64,000 bases of DNA from Paraspadella gotoi (GCA_051294375.1 CM119264.1:21795582-21859581), one strand, 5' to 3'. Shown: positions 24,860 to 37,110, counted from the first letter of the stretch. Program-made: numbers and translations. Notes: a model not told the origin generated them from the letters alone.

Positions 24860-25085
24860 AACTGAACCTGTCCTCACCTCTGACAACTATCCTTTCCCTC
24901 AATTCTTTGTTGGCAACTTTTAACCTCGATCTCTCTCTTCATCCCTTTCTTTAATAATGTTTCTATTTAAAATTCACAAATTGTCTTATGCGCTGAAGAA
25001 GGTTTGAAACAAAAACGAAACAAAATTAAATAAACCAAACGTCAAAAACAAAAACTCTTACTTTGTAAACTACAACAATTATTAC
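24860..25085 (+). mobile_element. Decayed Penelope-like terminal repeat with a broken hammerhead
   Basis: Pyrimidine tract, then CGCTGAAGAAGGTTTG...GAAAC, AATAAA and CAAAAACTCT, in the same order as the 591-987 element. Confidence 0.45.
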
Positions 25086-25583
25086 AAATCGAAATAAAGG
25101 CCGATAATTTCTGCGTAGGAAAATTTCCAGGAAAAGTAAATGGCACGAATCGATTTCAAGAAGATTTTATTACTTTTAGAAAATTAACAGTAAGAAAACA
25201 AACACTGGTATGAACAGTTAGATGTAGGTGGAAGCAAAACTACACTAAAATTAAAAATTAAGTTCCCAAATGAAAATCAACTCGAAGGATTTTTTTAAAT
25301 AAAACATAAGAATTACCACATAATTGCCTAGCTTCCGAATAACTCAATTAATCAATAATCACTGTTCCGTATTTTGATTTCAAACAGCATCTGCAAGGCG
25401 ACAGTCGTAGTGACAAAAAAATTAAAAACTTGACATGGTAGAATTGGCATTTTGTACGACATTCGAAACGTGCTTAGTAGGGAAGAATGAGATCTCTTTA
25501 AAAAAAATTCACAAAACGCTAAATAAACATATTGAGTGGTGGGCACTTTTTATCGGATATTGTTTTCTACGAAAAGTTTGAAG

Positions 25584-26918
25584 TCATAACTCCGTCGTAG
25601 GTATCCCACAGTAATTGTAGGTTGGTGTTGAATATGTTGCGTTGGTTACTGTAGACTGTTCATTAAATTCTTCGCAATATATGGGATAATGAGACATCGC
25701 GGTGCTGGGTCTCACGGGCTTGTTTCTGATCGTAGTGTCAGCCACGGTGGTAGCTCCCATGTAATACGGCTGAAGCAGAGCACCAGTGTCATTCCGTAGA
25801 GGCGTGTCCCTTGCCGTGCTGTCTCTACTAGAGTATCTCATCTGGAGGTTTCTTTGAAAAATTTGATTTTTTTGATATTTTTTCAAGCAGACGTAAGTCA
25901 AAACTGCGAGGCATAAAACGATGACGAAACCGGCTAAAGCCGTTCCCACGATAACTGTGGTGAATCCGTTTTGCGGCGCGAAGGGAACGACCGTCTCGTT
26001 GCCGCTTTTCAACTCTGACGGAGAGATGGAGACATTTACTGTCGGAGCTGGAGATGAGACGTTGGAAGACCCAGTTGTCACATCATTACTCTCAAGAGAA
26101 GTGATATTGTAATAAATAACGAAACCCCGCGACCCTTTGTAATCTTTGTGCTGATAAGTGACGAATGTAATCTTTACTGCGGTGGTTTTCCTCGAGGACG
26201 AGTAAATCGATTTGGGATTCTCGCTTCCACAACGATACCACCGACGGCTCCAATGCCGGACAGAGTCGAGCACAGAATCCGTGGTGTCGGAGATGGCGAG
26301 CGATGAAGTTTTACATGATTGAGACTGAGGGAGGCGAAAGTCTGCGACCCAAAGTCGGGCTTCGGATCGAGGGGGGAGAGCGATAATTAGGGAACAGTCA
26401 GCGGCTGGAGGTACGTTACCATCCTCCCCTTTGTATGCCGGAGAATAGACGATTCCGGTGGATCCGGTCGCCGGGGACATCTCGGACACGCCCGCGAGCT
26501 CACTTTCCCGTTGTGCGAGGGAACCGCCGCACACGGACTGATGAACCACGCAAGAGTACACGACGCGAATGAAATGTCTTCGTGAGAGGCCGAAGGCGTT
26601 GACGCAACGGAAACTTGCCGGGTTCTTGCAGATATTCGATCGAAGAGGGGTCAAATCACGTCCACCGACTGGTGAGCACTCGTCAGGCGATGAAGTAGAA
26701 GCGAGCACGCCTTTTTCGGCTTGAACAACGTGAACCACTTGAGGGTAGCAGTCAAGGTTAACGTGAACGGCAAGGCCAAGGGAACAAAATGTTCTCTCTC
26801 GCGGTTGAGGCATGACAAAGTTTAAAGTCAGAGACACGAGTAAAATGAAATACATATTTCGGATAATAAAGGGAGTCATGAAGTTTAAAATGAGGAACTT
26901 TTTATCAGGCATTTTCAT
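25584..26918 (-). CDS. Intronless type I membrane protein with a CUB domain and an N-terminal Cys-containing (possibly SUEL-lectin-like) domain
   Basis: Signal-like MYFILLVSLTLNFV (ATG 26855 is the likely start). CUB motifs VCGGSL...GIVYSPAY...DCSLII...RCGS...VKITFVT...RGFVIYY, then a S/T linker, TM segment VIVGTALAGFVIVLCLAVLTYVCL and a Tyr-rich tail. Confidence 0.8.
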   Translation of the reverse strand: MKMPDKKFLILNFMTPFIIRNMYFILLVSLTLNFVMPQPRERTFCSLGLAVHVNLDCYPQVVHVVQAEKGVLASTSSPDECSPVGGRDLTPLRSNICKNPASFRCVNAFGLSRRHFIRVVYSCVVHQSVCGGSLAQRESELAGVSEMSPATGSTGIVYSPAYKGEDGNVPPAADCSLIIALPPRSEARLWVADFRLPQSQSCKTSSLAISDTTDSVLDSVRHWSRRWYRCGSENPKSIYSSSRKTTAVKITFVTYQHKDYKGSRGFVIYYNITSLESNDVTTGSSNVSSPAPTVNVSISPSELKSGNETVVPFAPQNGFTTVIVGTALAGFVIVLCLAVLTYVCLKKYQKNQIFQRNLQMRYSSRDSTARDTPLRNDTGALLQPYYMGATTVADTTIRNKPVRPSTAMSHYPIYCEEFNEQSTVTNATYSTPTYNYCGIPTTEL

Positions 26919-28430
26919 GAAAACGGGCGATCCGTTTCCGCATTTTTAGATTTTCCTTTTCGTACTAATTAGATATTTGATTTGTGAGTTTACGATTGTC
27001 CAAAAATGTCAACCTTCGCTTCAAAGTTCACTTGACGCCAAGTTTCACAATCTTCGACAACTTGGATAGGAAGGAAGAGGAGCGAAAATCCCGTCGCTCG
27101 ATCTCAAAACGTTTTATAATAACCACTCGAGATTTAAATTTTTTTAGTCAAGCAGGAAAATTGAATTAAGCGCAGAGCAAGAAGGAAAGAGCGACGTGAA
27201 TTTTTGGTTTGAGGTCGTAATTGTGGTTGATTTTTTCCCTATCGCTCTCCCGCTTCTTTATTAAGCTTCTCGGTCTCTCTCGCTCTCCATTTTCGGCTTT
27301 GGATCGAAAAGCGGAGCGTGAATTTGTTCTTGCACGACGGAGGGCTCGGTTACGGGCGACAAGACTGAGACTGCGAGGAAAGAGCGAGAGGAAGCGAAGA
27401 GAGCGAGCTGATGTTTGAAAGACACAAGAGGACCTCTTAGGGGAAGAGAGAAAGAAACGAAACGGTGAGTCAGTCTTCTCGACAAGGTTTTCTTTCCTGA
27501 GCGAACCTCTATTCTCTTCTCTGCCGGTGGTTTTATTTGTTTCGTCGTTTGATTCGAGGGCCAAAAACCCGTCCGGACCAAATAGAATTGAAGGGGGGGG
27601 AGAGAAAGAGATCGTCCCGCTAAGGTCATTGGAGACACGAGAGAAAGAGGTCGACGACGGGCAGGCCCGACCTAATTATTCGGGTTGCGGGCGGCAAAGA
27701 CTACTCCCGTTTATGGACAAGATGAGGAATAGTGCGGTGAAAGGAGAGGAAGAGCAACTACAGCGGGTTTATACGCGGTGAAGAAACTTCACCGAGACAA
27801 CGAAAAGGAAGAATGCCAAAAAAGGACGAAAAGAAAGGCTAACGGTGTTCCAATAGTTAACTGATAAAAGGAGAAACAATTTATCTTCTTCGGCTTTTTT
27901 CTCTTTTTTTTCCTTCAAAATGTACACTACTAGAAATCACTTACTAGCAACTATAGTTATTAGTAGCTATGAAACAGGCAATGTAGCCCAAAACGGCGAT
28001 ACGTGGTTCTGAACTTATTAATCGTCAAGGTCAAACGTATAAGCCAAATCAAGCCTTCACAGGCCATTAAGTTTTTTGCCTTGGGCCTTCCCCCTGACTT
28101 AGTTAAAAAGGGCAGCCTCTGACGTCATTCATTCTGGGTTGTTCGACGGAACTTCTGTCAACTTTCGACGAGGAAATGAGATAAGAGATAAAAGTCAAAT
28201 ACTTTCTAAAAGTTTCTATACAACTCTTTCCCATTACAAACACTTGCTTGTCTATATTGGTTTAGCAAAGATAATCAAGGAAAAATAAAGTACAGAAAAC
28301 TGAATGTTTGTTCTTCTTCATTCCCGGATGGATATTCCTTGGTTCATATCAATATCCTTTGCGCAAACATGGGTGAGGCCCAAAAACGTTGAGAGAAAAA
28401 AACACTTCTCGTTAGTGGCAATATCATAAA

Positions 28431-28956
28431 TAGGGGTAGCCGCACTCAATGGGGCGAGTCAAAAATTTAGAGTAAGTACAAGCTCAAACGAAAATTTATA
28501 CATTTTTAAGTATACTTTCAATAGACAAAAAAATTCTTATTTTAAATTTTAAGATCAGATTCAGATAGCTCATAAAAAGTTGTCTACACAAAGTATAATT
28601 CTTTTTTCAATATTTTTATGATACGTAGGTCAAAAATAAGAAAAACCATAAAAAATTGTCATTATCATCATCTTTTGATGATTTTATCAGTTTTTTTAAA
28701 TTTTTACTAAGAAAACGTAAGAATTTTTAAAAGCTGTAACTATATTTCATGCTAAACTTTTTATGCTCTATCAGAATCAATTAAAAAATTTTAAGATTTC
28801 ATTTTCTTTATATAGTAATATAATAATTTTAATTAGGCGAGTACCCTCAGAAAAACTAATTTTTAACAAAAAATATTTTAATATTATAATCTATGCTCAT
28901 GATAGATTATTTTAACGTTGTATACATAAGCATTTAAATTTCATCGGCTATGGCTA
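28431..28956 (+). mobile_element. MITE family B, near-complete
   Basis: Ends TAGGGGTAGCCG ... CGGCTATGGCTA. Internal sequence is shared with 17040, 24421, ~13220-13410 and ~35930-36250. Confidence 0.7.
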
Positions 28957-29323
28957 TCATTAAGAGCAATAGGTTTAACACGCTTCGACGAAATGAAAAG
29001 AGAAAAACAAAAAATTACTACCACTAATTTACTAGGTACCCAAATCTATTTTTTTTTCATTAAAAAATAGAGAAATCTAGAAAATAAAATAATTTTTCGA
29101 ATCTCAAAAGTAAAAAAATTTAACTCACTCGGCTCCAGCTGAGGTTCTGTAAGAATCTGTATTTCGTGGGGATGAATATTAAACAACTTCAAAACCGACT
29201 TTTAGTTTTGCTTCATCAAGCGTAACGAGTATTTTTCGTTTAATGGTCGGTGAGCATTCAAATCCTACAGAACAGTTTCGTAAAAATAAACGGTGAAATA
29301 ATAATTTAACCAAAAATTATGCC

Positions 29324-31119
29324 TCAATAAATTGGAAAGTTTTGGTCAACCCTTCGTTTCCACGCGTAGAGTCCCCCGGAAAGGTTTTTAAAAGCAATTC
29401 CCCGCAAACGTTCGTCCCTGAAGTTTTTCAAAACGGAAACGGCAATTTGCGAGTCGTTACCCCGTTTGCATACGACGAAGACGGTTGCGACGTCTGTACG
29501 ACCCATGGCAGCGACGATTCTATCAACGCCCTCACCGTCGCCGCCGCGGACGATATTGTCGACTGGAAGGTTTACGTACGTGGAGGAAGATGATATGGGT
29601 AGGCGACAGATCTCCGTTTCGACAATCGGACGAACGTCTAATAAAAAGTGAGGGTCGCCGCGAGCTAAAACACCGGCATAGTCCTCGACGGAGACGCTCT
29701 CTTCAGGAGAAAGGAGGGAAACCGAGAAGTTTTTGTCGTTGGCCGGAGCTCCGCAAAACTGACAAGGAAAATGAATTGTTATTGGATAGAAGAAAAACCT
29801 ATATTTAATGAAAACGAAGGGATCAAGGTTTGACCCAAAAAAAGAAACCTGTTCGTAATCAATGAGCTTTTTGACCGAGGGTAAGGATCCGCAAATACAG
29901 CAGTCGCTTTTACGCGAACGCAATTTAATACTTCTGAAGGAACCGTTCAACCCATCATAGAGCAACAGTTTTTGGGAGAAACTTGGTTGGCGACCGATTG
30001 CGATCTTGATTGCTTCCAAAGCCTACCGAACAAGAAAATACGCAATTTCGCAGACGCATATCGTAGTAAAATTTTTGAAAAGCCAACCTGGAGACTTCCG
30101 ACGACACCTGGAACGACTCCAATCACTCCACCATCTGAGCAGTTAGTCACGGTCTCCGGAGGAGGGGGTCGCGGAAAAAGGCACCGGTAACAAGGCCCTC
30201 CGTGAGAATTGTAAACCGTTAATTGACCCTCCCACCTGACAAAATAATTTTAATATTTTTTGTAAACCTTGCAACCAAAAATTTCTCACAACAAAATCGC
30301 CAAACACCTTAGTGCCGACCCGCTGACCAACGGCTTCTGGCTCAGCACACACGCGTCGTTGATGAGATACCGTGTCGCTACATTATCGGAGCAGTCGAGC
30401 GCGACGTCGTATCCAGAGAGGATTTCCATGGCGTTGGTGCTCTCGATCTGCGTCGCGTGAGTCACGACCTGACAAGAGGGATTTAAGTTGAGACACGTCC
30501 GAGCCAAGGATTCTGCCTTTCCCACGCCGAGTCGGTCCTCCCCGTGCGCGATCTGTCGGTGAAGGTTGGAAACTTCGACGGCGTCGTAGTCAACGATGCC
30601 GAGCACCCCAACTCCGGCCGCCGCCAGGTAAACCGCCGCCGGGCAACCGAGTCCGCCGGCGCCAACGACGAGAATTCTTGTCGATTTAAGCGCCTTTTGG
30701 CCGGAAACGCCAAGTTCGGGCAGAACAAGTTGTCGACCGAAGCGCAAAATCTCGGCGTTGGTCAACGTGGTAGCGTCCGTGAAGGAGGAAGACCTATTTG
30801 AATCGCTCGACTTCTCTCGAGAGTCAGAATCGTTAACACCATCGAGAAACGAAAACAAAGTATCCTCGTCGAATTGTAGAAGACTTTCATGGAAAAACTC
30901 CTGGTCGTCGTCTCCGCATCGGTGGGAAACGGTCCACGCGGCGCCATCAAAATTGACTTTGACCGAGAGCGATATTCTCGGTTTTCCGTCAACGATCTCC
31001 GCTTGGGCGAAATAACAAGAGTTTGGATTTTCGCGACATACATTCCACTTGCCGTTCAATCTCCGCCTCGCCGATTCCGAGTCAAAAATCTCTTCGCAAT
31101 TCGCGTAGTATTTCCTCAT
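29324..31119 (-). CDS. MOCS3: Adenylyltransferase/sulfurtransferase MOCS3/Uba4 (4 exons)
   Basis: [69 protein letters not shown], rhodanese loop CKRGNDS, C-terminal FPIY*. Confidence 0.95.
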
Positions 31120-31177
31120 TGTGTGATCAACCCTGAAAACGGATCAACAATAAAAATAACAAACGCAAGTAATCCAA

Positions 31178-33994
31178 CTAAAACCATTTCTTCGTCTTTC
31201 GCTTTCTTCTTCCGGCTTGTCGGTGTTTAGTCTTATACATTTCCACCAGGGCTGTTCTGTCCCTCTTCCATGCTTCGCGAATAGTTTCGTCCGTTTCGTC
31301 CGGACCTCGAAAAAACGCTCTGCCCTCCTCCAGTCGGGGATCTGACAGCGAGAGCAGAAAAAAAGTTTCTCTCGAGGTTTCAGCGGGTATTCCCAGTTTT
31401 TCTTCGACTAAAACTGCTTCCTCGAAATCATCGTCTTCATGGTCGTCGTCAGCTAATAAGTGGGCATGGTCTTTTTTGTCAACGTGGTCGTCGTCACCGG
31501 AGTCGTCAATCTCCATCGTCTCAACCGGAGATTTTAAAGTCGCCTCGTCGGTTTCCACTGCAAATCCAAAGGAAAAAGTCGGGTTGGAGTGAGGTGGCGC
31601 CACGCCCTTTTCTTCAACGTCCTTGAGAAAAAGCATTTTAAGCGACGAGGAGTCGACCTCGTAAAATCGATCGCCTAAGACCGGAGGAGGTTTGTCGAAG
31701 TCTTCGTCTTTCACTCGAGTCGCTTCCTTCTTCGATTTTTTCGGCTTTTCCGCGAGAGTTTTCTTCACTTCAAGATCTCCCCCCGTCTCCGGGTCGTATC
31801 TCAGCGCGTTTCGCTCCACCGTCGTCTGGGCCAATTTCTTTTTCTTTTTAGCGTCTTCCTCGGAGCGGGCAGGCTCTATAGACTTTCCCAGAACCCTATT
31901 GAGAATTTCCAACGCCTTTTGTTTTTCTTCCTTCAAATCGGTGTCCCTTTCCGGTTCGTTATCCCCCTCATTGTCGTCGACTGCTTCAAGGAATCTTGTG
32001 TTCAACTTAAACCTCTCGTCGCTTTTGTATTTGGCCTGGAGCTCCATCAGCCTGCGACCGGCTTCGCCTTCAAAATGCGGTTTCGGCTCGAAAGCGTCCG
32101 CAACGCTGTCTTCAACATCATCATCGTCGTCATCGAAAAGACTCATTCCAGATTTAGTTTTTCTTTTTGCAATTTCGTCAGATGGTTCAACGTTTCGATT
32201 ATATTCAGTACCCTTTTTTAAAACCTTCTCTTTTTGAGAGGTCAGAACCGCCGTTTCGTCCTCCGAGTTGTCGTCAGAATCAAAGACAATCTTTTTGTTC
32301 AAAGCAGGCGTCGTCGATCGATCTATCCCTAGTAACGCCCCTTTGACCGCCTCAGACCGTCTTTTCCGCTCTTCCTGTTGTTCTTTGACGGATTCTAAAC
32401 GGCGTTGATCGGCCATTTTTCGCTTTTCCAAAGCGGTCAGGTTTTTGCCTTTATCATTTTTGTCTTTTTTGTCCTTGTCTCTTTTCTGCGTCACGTCTTT
32501 CCCTTTGACGGTTTCATTTTGACCAGATAGACTGAGAGCAATGCTCAGGAGTCCCGACGACGTTTCTTCGCGATCGAAATCCTCGTTTTCCAACGGCGCC
32601 AGGGAATTGATCCCTTTGAATTTAGGAAGAGAGGGCCGTTTCTTTTTTCTCTTTTTAGATTTTGAATCAGTTTCGGATTCCGAGGAAGAGTCGTTGCTCA
32701 AATCTGAGAACGAGCCTGCGGCTAATTTATTCGGAACGGCATTTGGGATAGCGTTTTTTTCTGCCCTTTCCTCGTTCTCATTTTCACTATCATCATCATC
32801 ATCATCACCGTCGTCTTCATCGCCATCATCATCTTCATTATCATCGTCTTCATCGCTATCATCATTTTCTTCGTCCTCATTATCATTCATATTTGTGTTG
32901 CCGTTCTGTTCGCGAGGATCTTTGTTGGAATCCGCAGCCTTATCAAAAGAGCGCGATGCTAAGGACGTGTCGACAATGATGTCGGATCCGATCCCAATTT
33001 TTCGTTTCTTGGATCGAGAAATTATTTCGTCGGTGTCAGCCGAACAATCCGAAAGGCGATCATCATCGTCTTTGTCATTCTCGTTTCCTTGGACGATCTC
33101 GAACGAATCTTCAGGCGCAGAAGAGTCCAAGGGGACTCCAGCGTTCCAAAGATTTTCCCATCCGACGCCGACGCCAGCGTCAACCACCATTTCCTGAACT
33201 CTACCGTCCCCTGAAAACGAAAGACCCTCGAATAAGTCGTTGCTCGTCTTTTCCCAGTTGAGTTTCCACAATTTTCCACCGGTCCTTTCGGGAAAAGTGA
33301 ATTTGGTCCGGCCATTTTTTTCAACTGGCTCGACTTTCCTTTTCTTAGAAAATTTCTCTGTTAACGGTTCGGGAACCGCCTTTTGGCTTGAGTTTTCCGA
33401 ATACGAATCGACCATTTCCTTTTCGGGCTGTTTATTCGAGGCGTTGTGCGGTAATGTCCACGTTAGACTGGAGATGTCTTTGGCGACATCATTTTCCAGA
33501 TTGATTCGATTCGATTTTTTGTTTACAGTTTTTAAGTCCATATTTATCGATTTGTCTTTTTCTTTTATCCTCAAAGGTTTAGGCTCTTTCGGTAATTTTG
33601 GTTGACCGATTTTTGCAGGAAAGTTGACACCGGCCTGAAAGAAACACTCAAAACTTATATCTTGTCTCAATATAAAATGAAAAACCCCTAAACCAAATCT
33701 TACTTCTTGCCTTTCGGCCTGCAGCTTTTGTAGGAAGCTTGGACGGGCTTCCTGCAAGCAGAGGACAAACCCATTCCATTTTGCGCCGTTGTACGTAGAG
33801 AGACATTTTTTGAAGGCTTCGTCGGTGCATTCGATGTCCACGTAAGCAAATGTTTTAATAGGGACGCCGTCCGAGTCGCGCTTTGTCTTGATTTCGACAT
33901 TGGAAATATCGCCGAAGCTTTTGAATCTCCGTGAGAGACTCGGCGGGTCGACTTCGTGGTACAAACCACCCAAAAACAAACGTTTCTTTACCAT
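31178..33994 (-). CDS. NOL8: Nucleolar protein 8 (N-terminal RRM; one in-frame intron at ~33635-33703)
   Basis: MVKKRLFLGGL...KTFAYVDI...YNGAKWNGFVLCLQEARPSFLQKL, KKIVFDSDD, KPHFEGEAGRRLMELQ...DERFKL, RYDP, RFYEV, basic C-terminus. Confidence 0.9.
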   Translation of the reverse strand: MVKKRLFLGGLYHEVDPPSLSRRFKSFGDISNVEIKTKRDSDGVPIKTFAYVDIECTDEAFKKCLSTYNGAKWNGFVLCLQEARPSFLQKLQAERQEVRFGLGVFHFILRQDISFECFFQAGVNFPAKIGQPKLPKEPKPLRIKEKDKSINMDLKTVNKKSNRINLENDVAKDISSLTWTLPHNASNKQPEKEMVDSYSENSSQKAVPEPLTEKFSKKRKVEPVEKNGRTKFTFPERTGGKLWKLNWEKTSNDLFEGLSFSGDGRVQEMVVDAGVGVGWENLWNAGVPLDSSAPEDSFEIVQGNENDKDDDDRLSDCSADTDEIISRSKKRKIGIGSDIIVDTSLASRSFDKAADSNKDPREQNGNTNMNDNEDEENDDSDEDDDNEDDDGDEDDGDDDDDDSENENEERAEKNAIPNAVPNKLAAGSFSDLSNDSSSESETDSKSKKRKKKRPSLPKFKGINSLAPLENEDFDREETSSGLLSIALSLSGQNETVKGKDVTQKRDKDKKDKNDKGKNLTALEKRKMADQRRLESVKEQQEERKRRSEAVKGALLGIDRSTTPALNKKIVFDSDDNSEDETAVLTSQKEKVLKKGTEYNRNVEPSDEIAKRKTKSGMSLFDDDDDDVEDSVADAFEPKPHFEGEAGRRLMELQAKYKSDERFKLNTRFLEAVDDNEGDNEPERDTDLKEEKQKALEILNRVLGKSIEPARSEEDAKKKKKLAQTTVERNALRYDPETGGDLEVKKTLAEKPKKSKKEATRVKDEDFDKPPPVLGDRFYEVDSSSLKMLFLKDVEEKGVAPPHSNPTFSFGFAVETDEATLKSPVETMEIDDSGDDDHVDKKDHAHLLADDDHEDDDFEEAVLVEEKLGIPAETSRETFFLLSLSDPRLEEGRAFFRGPDETDETIREAWKRDRTALVEMYKTKHRQAGRRKRKTKKWF

Positions 33995-34406
33995 TTGAGT
34001 TTGTTTTTTCCTGAAAAGTAAAAAAGCTCTAAAAATCAAAAATGTAAATACCAAAAATTTTAAAAAATTATAACAATGCCAAAGGGTAAATAATTAAATA
34101 ATTCACCATCAAAAACACCTGACAAAGATTCTCAGATATAAATTTGGACGGATGCACTGATTGTAAAAATATGATTTGGAGACAATTTTGTGAAGAAGAT
34201 TTTCTAAAGAATAATTGTTTACGATGCACATTGCATAATATTCGTTATTGTTTGTCTACTCAATTTGTATCATTGTATTCTCTTTACAGCCATGAGCATA
34301 GAGTTACACATATCTAATAGGAGAGTACATGATCGAGTGTGTTATAATCTCGGTTGGCGTCCCCGTACTTCTCTCTATATAAGTTTCTGCGCCATGGCTT
34401 TAAATA

Positions 34407-35678
34407 TCACATCTGTACAATCGCTTTTCCAATATTGACTCCTCTCAGCAATTCAATGAAGGCGGCGGGGGAATTTTCAAACCCCTTCGTAATGGTTTCC
34501 TTGTATTTTATCTTGCCGTCCTTGATCCACTGGATGATGTTCATGAACGCATCTTCATACCAATTCTTTAAAGGCCATTCGTCGATCTGAAAAAATTTAC
34601 AAACAATTTATTTGACCAATTTCTCTTTCTCATCTCTCCCCGTTTCTTTTTGTTTTCTCTCCCAACTCACCAATATGCCCTGAATACGCAGACGCTTGAG
34701 AACGATCATCTCAGAATAGTCGGTGATTTTTGAAGAAGATATGGTGTTGTACTGAGAAATTGTGCCACAGACGCACACACGACCATGCTCGTTCATTTGC
34801 TTAATGACGATGCTGGCAAACTCGCCACCGACATTGTCAAAGAAGCAGTCTACTCCGCCGGGCGCCGCAGTTGCCAGGGACTCTGCCAGGTCAACTGTCT
34901 TGTAGTTGAAGGCGTGGTCGAAGCCCAACTCTTTGAGGAATTCAACTTTTTCTTCACTCCCAGCATAACCCACAACAACACAGCCCTTGATCTTGGCGAT
35001 TTGACCCACGATGCTGCCAACGGCACCGGCGGCTGCATTTACCACAACTATCTCCTTCGGCTTGGCCTCGAGAATGTTGTTAAGGCTGAAAGGTTAGGGG
35101 GGGAATAAAAAGGAAAGTATAGAGAATTGAAATGCAAAGGAATTTTAAAATGTAGCTCCATGTCTAACCCATAATAAGCAGTAGCGCCCGGCATGCCCAC
35201 CGTTCCTAAAGCCAGTGAAGCGCAAAGGTCAGACCCAATGAGCGGGTAAGTCCTGACATTCTTGTTCAGGCCATCAACAATGGCGTGGGTGCACCACCCA
35301 CATTTAGACAGAACCAAGTCACCGACTTTGAAGAGTTTACACTTGGATGCTAGCACCTTGGCGACCACTTCACCCATCACCGTTGCTCCGATAACTTGGT
35401 CCAAGGGCAAATGGCGGACAAAAATACGGACATAAGGGTCCACACTGTCGAACAAAATGATTTCAATAACAGGGATAAGAACTCTACAGAATGTCCCTAA
35501 ACTAATAATAATATAATGAGCATAAAAAGCAAACTTGCCTGAGATACAGGGTTTCTATTAAAATTTCATTTTCTTTCAAGGCATCTTTGGAGAGCTCCTC
35601 TTCCTCCAACCGAAAATTGGTTTCATCCGGAAACCCTTTCATCTCCGATGCAAAGACAATTTTTTTTGAGAGAACCAT
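34407..35678 (-). CDS. PTGR1: Prostaglandin reductase 1-like, copy A
   Basis: LYLS|VDPYVR, LGTVGMPGATAYYG, VVNAAAGAVGSIVGQIAKIKGC, DCFFDNVGGE, CGTISQYN, GVNIGKAIVQM*. Confidence 0.92.
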
Positions 35679-36244
35679 CGTTTCATTCACAACTCTAAAA
35701 TTAACTATCAAAAATTCATAGGTATATATAGTTATATATGTACAATTGTACATATAAAACTATACAAAGATAAATTCGCTTGAGGAGTATACAATATCCG
35801 ATATGAAGAACCAGGAAAAGTTCAGGGTGGATATAACTTTTTTGTCAATGCTAGAAATCAGCTGTAAATCTACAACAGGTTAGACCTGAGGGAGGTTTAT
35901 TCCTCATAAGAGTGAGACACTTTGAAAAACTGCTAAAATCATTGGATTATGATGATTTTTTAAGGTATTTCCTAATTTTGACTCATTTATAATCAAAATA
36001 TTGAAAAAAGAATTAGACATTGTAATCCTTTCGTTTTGTTGTAATTAATATTTAGAGAAAAATTTGAAATATTGTATTTTGAATTTTGAAACAAAATACA
36101 TTGTTGTCGAAATTATTTCAAACTTTTCTCTGAAAAAAGAATTATACTTTTTGTAGACAACTTTTCATAAGCTATTTGAATCTGCTTCTAAAAATACCAA
36201 ATTTTTAAAAAAATAAACATTAATCCTATCTATAAATAAATATT

Positions 36245-36580
36245 AAAAAATCTTAAAAGTATAGTGATCTCGCCAAATGTTACTATCAATTAATGAAAAA
36301 AAAAAACCGAATGATTGATGCAATAACAAATTATTGATATAATAATAATTGATTATTGATGGGATGATAACCAATTATTGATGCGATGATAACCAATTAT
36401 TGATGCGATGATAACCAATTATTGATGCAATGATAACCAATTATTGATGCAATGATAACCAATCATTGATGTGATAATTAACAAATATTGATCCGATGAT
36501 AACCAAATGATGGATGCGATGATAGTCATTGATGCGATGATAGTCAGTCCATCCATCCATCCCCCCTTAGCAAAAAAATC
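36245..36580. repeat. Minisatellite-bearing element family E (22-nt unit GATGCGATGATAACCAATTATT)
   Basis: Tandem units preceded by AAAATCTTAAAAGTATAG...CGAATGATTGATGC, a head shared with 39952 and ~60990. Confidence 0.75.
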
Positions 36581-36990
36581 AAATTACTCATGATTGGAAG
36601 GTTTGATTGGAATAAAATTTTGTGTGTGGGTAAGAAAGTGTGTGATTGAGCTGGATATAAAGTTTCGATGGAATCGAGTGAGTGGAAATGAGTTTAAATG
36701 GAAAAAACCAAAGTAAGGTTGACTTCACTTGAAAAAAAGATGCAAGTTGATAAAATAATGCAATAAAAATGATGCAAGTTAAAAAAATAATACTATTAAA
36801 AACAATTATTTGTACCATGGTATGATCTGTTATGATCAGTTCGGATGTTAAATCATGATAATTCTTTCAATTTGTAATCCTATTAGCAGATTACCACTAA
36901 GGCAGATCTGACATTATTTGCTCAAACTCGTTTTGCAGAAATTATCATAATTGGATGTTCTGACATGATTTAATGAATTATAGTTCAAAA

Positions 36991-37110
36991 TGAGAGACTC
37001 GGCGGGTCTACTTCGTTGTACAAACCACCCAAAAACAAACGTTTCTTTACCATATGAATTTGTTTTTTTTTTAAAAGCTCTAAAAATCAAAAAGGCAAAT
37101 ACCAAAAGTT
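36991..37110 (-). pseudogene. Truncated duplicate of the NOL8 5' end
   Basis: ATG at 37053 reads MVKKRLFLGGLYNEVDPPSLS, then homology ends. Upstream sequence matches ~33995-34170. Confidence 0.85.

Noticed and set aside
31692-33605. Long plus-strand ORFs opposite NOL8 (likewise opposite PRR13, POC1, KIAA2013 and the last gene)
   Set aside because: Antisense shadows of biased coding sequence with no recognizable domains.
36345-36545. Regular ~22-nt repeats (also 61230-61445) as a CRISPR array
   Set aside because: Units are contiguous with no unique spacers and there are no cas genes. This is a eukaryotic minisatellite.
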